From Thermodesulfobacterium commune DSM 2178 (GTDB lineage Bacteria > Desulfobacterota > Thermodesulfobacteria > Thermodesulfobacteriales > Thermodesulfobacteriaceae), in the NCBI RefSeq assembly GCF_000734015.1, contig NZ_CP008796.1, forward strand, positions 1,020,001-1,052,000: 32,000 bases of DNA, written 5' to 3'. Below, in pieces: positions 29,464-32,000 of this stretch. Made by a program: the position numbers and the translations under genes. Position 1 is the stretch's first letter; each line of letters begins with the position of its first letter. The notes beneath the pieces are model-generated. The model made no database searches and was not told the DNA's origin. It was given only the letters and a program-made list of their open reading frames with translations.

Positions 29464-30576
29464 ATGAAAAAAATTCCTCTTTTAGACTTAAAAAGATCTT
29501 GGGAAGAGATAAGACAAGAAGTATACCAGGGGTGGGAAGAAGTTTTTAGTTCTATGCAGATTTTAAACGGAAAGTATTTGCAGGAGTTTGAGAAAAATTG
29601 GGCTGAATATTTAGGGGTGAAATATGCCTTTGGGTGTAGTTGCGGAAGCACGGCCTTACTTATGGCTCTTATAGCTTGTGGTATTGGAAAAGGGGATGAG
29701 GTTTTACTTCAAGCCAATGCGTTTATCGCAGACTTAGAGGTTATTCACTGGGTAGGAGCCACACCTGTATTAGTAGAAGTAGACCCTAAGACCTTTGGTC
29801 CCGATTTAAATGACCTTTATCTTAAATTAACCCCTAAAACCAAGGCCTTGATACTGGTTCATATGTATGGACATCCTGCAGAGATGGATGAAATACTTGA
29901 TTTTTGTGAAAAATATGGAGTTATCCTTATAGAGGATGCTTCTCATGCTCATGGGGCAACCTATAAAGGTAAAAAAGTAGGAACTTTTGGGAAAGTAGGG
30001 TGTTTTAGCTGTGGTCCTGTTAAAAACCTTAACTGTATAGGAGATGGAGGAGCTGTAGTTACCAACGATGATGAATTAGCTTTTAAACTTAAGTTTCTAA
30101 GGGTGCATGGACAGGTAGAAAAAAACCATTCTCATTTTTTTGGATTTAACTCAAGACTTGATGAACTTCAGGCTGTCATTCTTAATGCAAGACTTAAAAC
30201 TTTAGACAAAAAAAATGAGAAAAGAAGAGAGATAGCTAAAAAATACCACGAAGGGCTTTCTGACCTTAAAAACCTTATTTTACCTCCCCTTGACCCCGAA
30301 TACAAACAAAGTGTTTATCATAGGTATGTAATAAGAACTCCTTTTAGAGATGAGTTAGTCTCTTTTTTAAAAGAAAAAGGTGTAGGAACAGGGTATTATT
30401 ATCCTATTCCTTTACACTTACATAAAAGTTATCAAATCACCTATCAGAAATCTTTTAGCCTTCCTGTAGCAGAAAGACTAGCCAAAGAATCACTTGCTAT
30501 TCCTATGTATCCTGAGTTAACTGATGAAGAAATAGACTATGTTATAAGCTGTATAAGGGAATTTTTCCAGAAATAA
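29464..30576 (+). CDS. DegT/DnrJ/EryC1/StrS-family PLP-dependent sugar aminotransferase
   Basis: 370 aa. GDEVLLQANAFIADLE, IEDASHAHGATYKGKKVG, Schiff-base Lys context CGPVKNLNCIGDGGAVVTND. Starts 10 nt after the oxidoreductase stop, with an AAGGGG SD. Confidence 0.88.
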   Translation: MKKIPLLDLKRSWEEIRQEVYQGWEEVFSSMQILNGKYLQEFEKNWAEYLGVKYAFGCSCGSTALLMALIACGIGKGDEVLLQANAFIADLEVIHWVGATPVLVEVDPKTFGPDLNDLYLKLTPKTKALILVHMYGHPAEMDEILDFCEKYGVILIEDASHAHGATYKGKKVGTFGKVGCFSCGPVKNLNCIGDGGAVVTNDDELAFKLKFLRVHGQVEKNHSHFFGFNSRLDELQAVILNARLKTLDKKNEKRREIAKKYHEGLSDLKNLILPPLDPEYKQSVYHRYVIRTPFRDELVSFLKEKGVGTGYYYPIPLHLHKSYQITYQKSFSLPVAERLAKESLAIPMYPELTDEEIDYVISCIREFFQK

Positions 30577-30585
30577 GGATAGCTT

Positions 30586-31488
30586 ATGAAGATTTCGCTT
30601 GTTATACCTGTGCATAACGAGGAAGGAAACGTTCCTATAGTTTATCAAGAAGCTAAAACTGTTCTTGAAACCCTTAAAGCTAAAGGGTATCAATACGAAA
30701 TCATCTTTGTAAACGACGGGAGCACAGACAGGACTTTAGAAATCCTTAAAGAATTAAAAAAAAAAGATCCTTTTTTAAGAATACTGAACATGGATCGCAA
30801 CCGTGGAGAAGCAGCGGGTCTCACTGCAGGCTTTCAAAAAGCTACCGGAGATATTATCGTTTCTATGGACGGAGACGGACAAAACGACCCTAAGTATATC
30901 GTAGATCTAATAGAGAAGATAGAAACAGGTTATAAGGTAGTCACTGGTTTCAGGTTAAAAAGAAAGGAAAATTTTTGGATAAGAGTTCTTCCGTCAAAAA
31001 TAGCCAATTGGTTAATTAGTATTTTTACAGGGTTAAAAGTACGGGATAATGGATGCTCGTTAAAGGCCTATCTTTCACCTATACCCAAAAAATATCAAAT
31101 ACCCCATGGTTTTCACAGGTTTTTACCAGCTCTCTTTGGGATTAAAAACGAAGAAGTATGTGAGATACCTATAATTGACCGTCCAAGGATATATGGAAAA
31201 TCCCATTATAACTTAAAACGAACCTTTGAGGTAGTAAGAGAACTTCTTACCATCCCCTTTGTGCTTAGAAATGCATGTTTTTATGAAAAATTTTTTAAAA
31301 TTAACTTTTGGGTCTCGATAGGTGTAGGGATAATACTATTGTTTTTAGCTATAAAGGTTTCTCCTAAATTTTGGGTCTTAGAATTTTTTAACTTAGGCTA
31401 TACCTCTATTTCTTATTTAATCTGGAAAAACTTAGCTCGATTTAACCAGGCTCAAAAAGAAGGTGTTTTTCAGGTAGAAGAAATTTAA
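30586..31488 (+). CDS. GT2 polyprenyl-phosphate glycosyltransferase (ArnC / GtrB / DPM1-like)
   Basis: 300 aa. ISLVIPVHNEE, FVNDGSTDRT, MDGDGQNDP (DxD). Two C-terminal hydrophobic helices, typical of lipid-carrier-charging GT2 enzymes. Confidence 0.85.
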   Translation: MKISLVIPVHNEEGNVPIVYQEAKTVLETLKAKGYQYEIIFVNDGSTDRTLEILKELKKKDPFLRILNMDRNRGEAAGLTAGFQKATGDIIVSMDGDGQNDPKYIVDLIEKIETGYKVVTGFRLKRKENFWIRVLPSKIANWLISIFTGLKVRDNGCSLKAYLSPIPKKYQIPHGFHRFLPALFGIKNEEVCEIPIIDRPRIYGKSHYNLKRTFEVVRELLTIPFVLRNACFYEKFFKINFWVSIGVGIILLFLAIKVSPKFWVLEFFNLGYTSISYLIWKNLARFNQAQKEGVFQVEEI

Positions 31489-31542
31489 AAACCTGGTAAA
31501 ATTGTCCTATCTAAATAGATTTTTAAGGGAGGGGTAAAAACA

Positions 31543-32000
31543 ATGTCATTTTTAAAAACAGTGGACCCTGATATCTGGGAACTAATACAAAAAGAAAGAG
31601 ACAGACAAGAATATCAGCTTGAGATGATAGCTTCTGAAAACTTAGCCCATGAAGCTATCATGGAGGCAGAAGGTTCTTATTTGATGAACAAATATGCTGA
31701 GGGATATCCAGAGGCTCGTTATTACGGAGGGTGTACTTATGTAGATGAGGTGGAAAAACTTGCCATAGAGAGAGTAAAGATGCTTTTTGGGGCTGAGCAT
31801 GCTAACGTACAACCCCATTCTGGTACTCAGGCTAACATGGCTGTATATTTTGCTGTATTAAACCCTGGAGATACCATACTTTCGATGAACCTCTCACATG
31901 GAGGCCATCTTTCTCACGGAGCTGCTGTTAATTTTTCTGGGAAACTTTACAAAATCGTTCATTATGGTGTATCAAGGGAAACTGAAACCATCGACTACGA
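31543..32000 (+). CDS. glyA: serine hydroxymethyltransferase, N-terminal 152 codons; gene continues beyond the right edge
   Basis: Hand translation from the ATG at 31543 (after AAGGGAGGGG) gives [35 protein letters not shown]...[16 protein letters not shown]...[14 protein letters not shown]...GGHLSHG. Open to the window end, so absent from the ORF track. Confidence 0.93.
   Translation, partial: MSFLKTVDPDIWELIQKERDRQEYQLEMIASENLAHEAIMEAEGSYLMNKYAEGYPEARYYGGCTYVDEVEKLAIERVKMLFGAEHANVQPHSGTQANMAVYFAVLNPGDTILSMNLSHGGHLSHGAAVNFSGKLYKIVHYGVSRETETIDY

Noticed and set aside
28434-29651. Minus-strand ORFs of 73, 69 and 72 aa (28434-28655, 28997-29206, 29433-29651) inside or across the oxidoreductase/aminotransferase genes
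   Set aside because: They are antisense to well-supported enzyme genes, have low-complexity translations, and show no start context. In particular, none looks like the small 4-TM flippase that the cluster lacks.

Overview
AT-rich sequence encoding Glu/Lys/Ile-rich proteins, probably from a thermophilic bacterium; the taxon cannot be fixed from the sequence alone. Bases 1-25.5 kb are core housekeeping. They hold one uninterrupted minus-strand array of 40 genes: rpsL-rpsG-fusA-tuf (str), the complete S10, spc and alpha ribosomal-protein blocks (with secY, adk, map, infA, rpmJ, rpoA), then a tRNA nucleotidyltransferase and tig-clpP-clpX-lon. lon runs off the left edge. rpmJ (37 codons, 8936-9049) is missing from the ORF track and was found by hand. 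Seven ORF-track starts overshoot into the upstream Shine-Dalgarno (SD) and are trimmed here. A near-consensus sigma70-type promoter sits upstream of rpsL, divergent from rarA. The only accessory-looking part is 26.9-31.5 kb. It has a GT-C (ArnT/PMT_2-like) membrane glycosyltransferase divergent from a three-gene operon: Gfo/Idh/MocA sugar oxidoreductase, DegT-family aminotransferase, and a GT2 polyprenyl-phosphate glycosyltransferase. glyA follows and runs off the right edge. I found no CRISPR array, tRNA or rRNA gene, transposase or integrase, or recognisable defence or toxin system, and I do not claim a new system in this window. The observations most worth follow-up are: (1) the Arn-like envelope amino-sugar module in which a 3-keto-type oxidoreductase replaces ArnA; (2) a four-cysteine knuckle in the EF-Tu G domain; (3) tuf codon usage unlike every neighbouring gene; (4) a nucleotidyltransferase that seems to lack the flexible loop, as CC-adding enzymes do; (5) a GC hairpin that could act as both terminator and SD trap between rplQ and that gene; (6) a possibly leaderless rarA.
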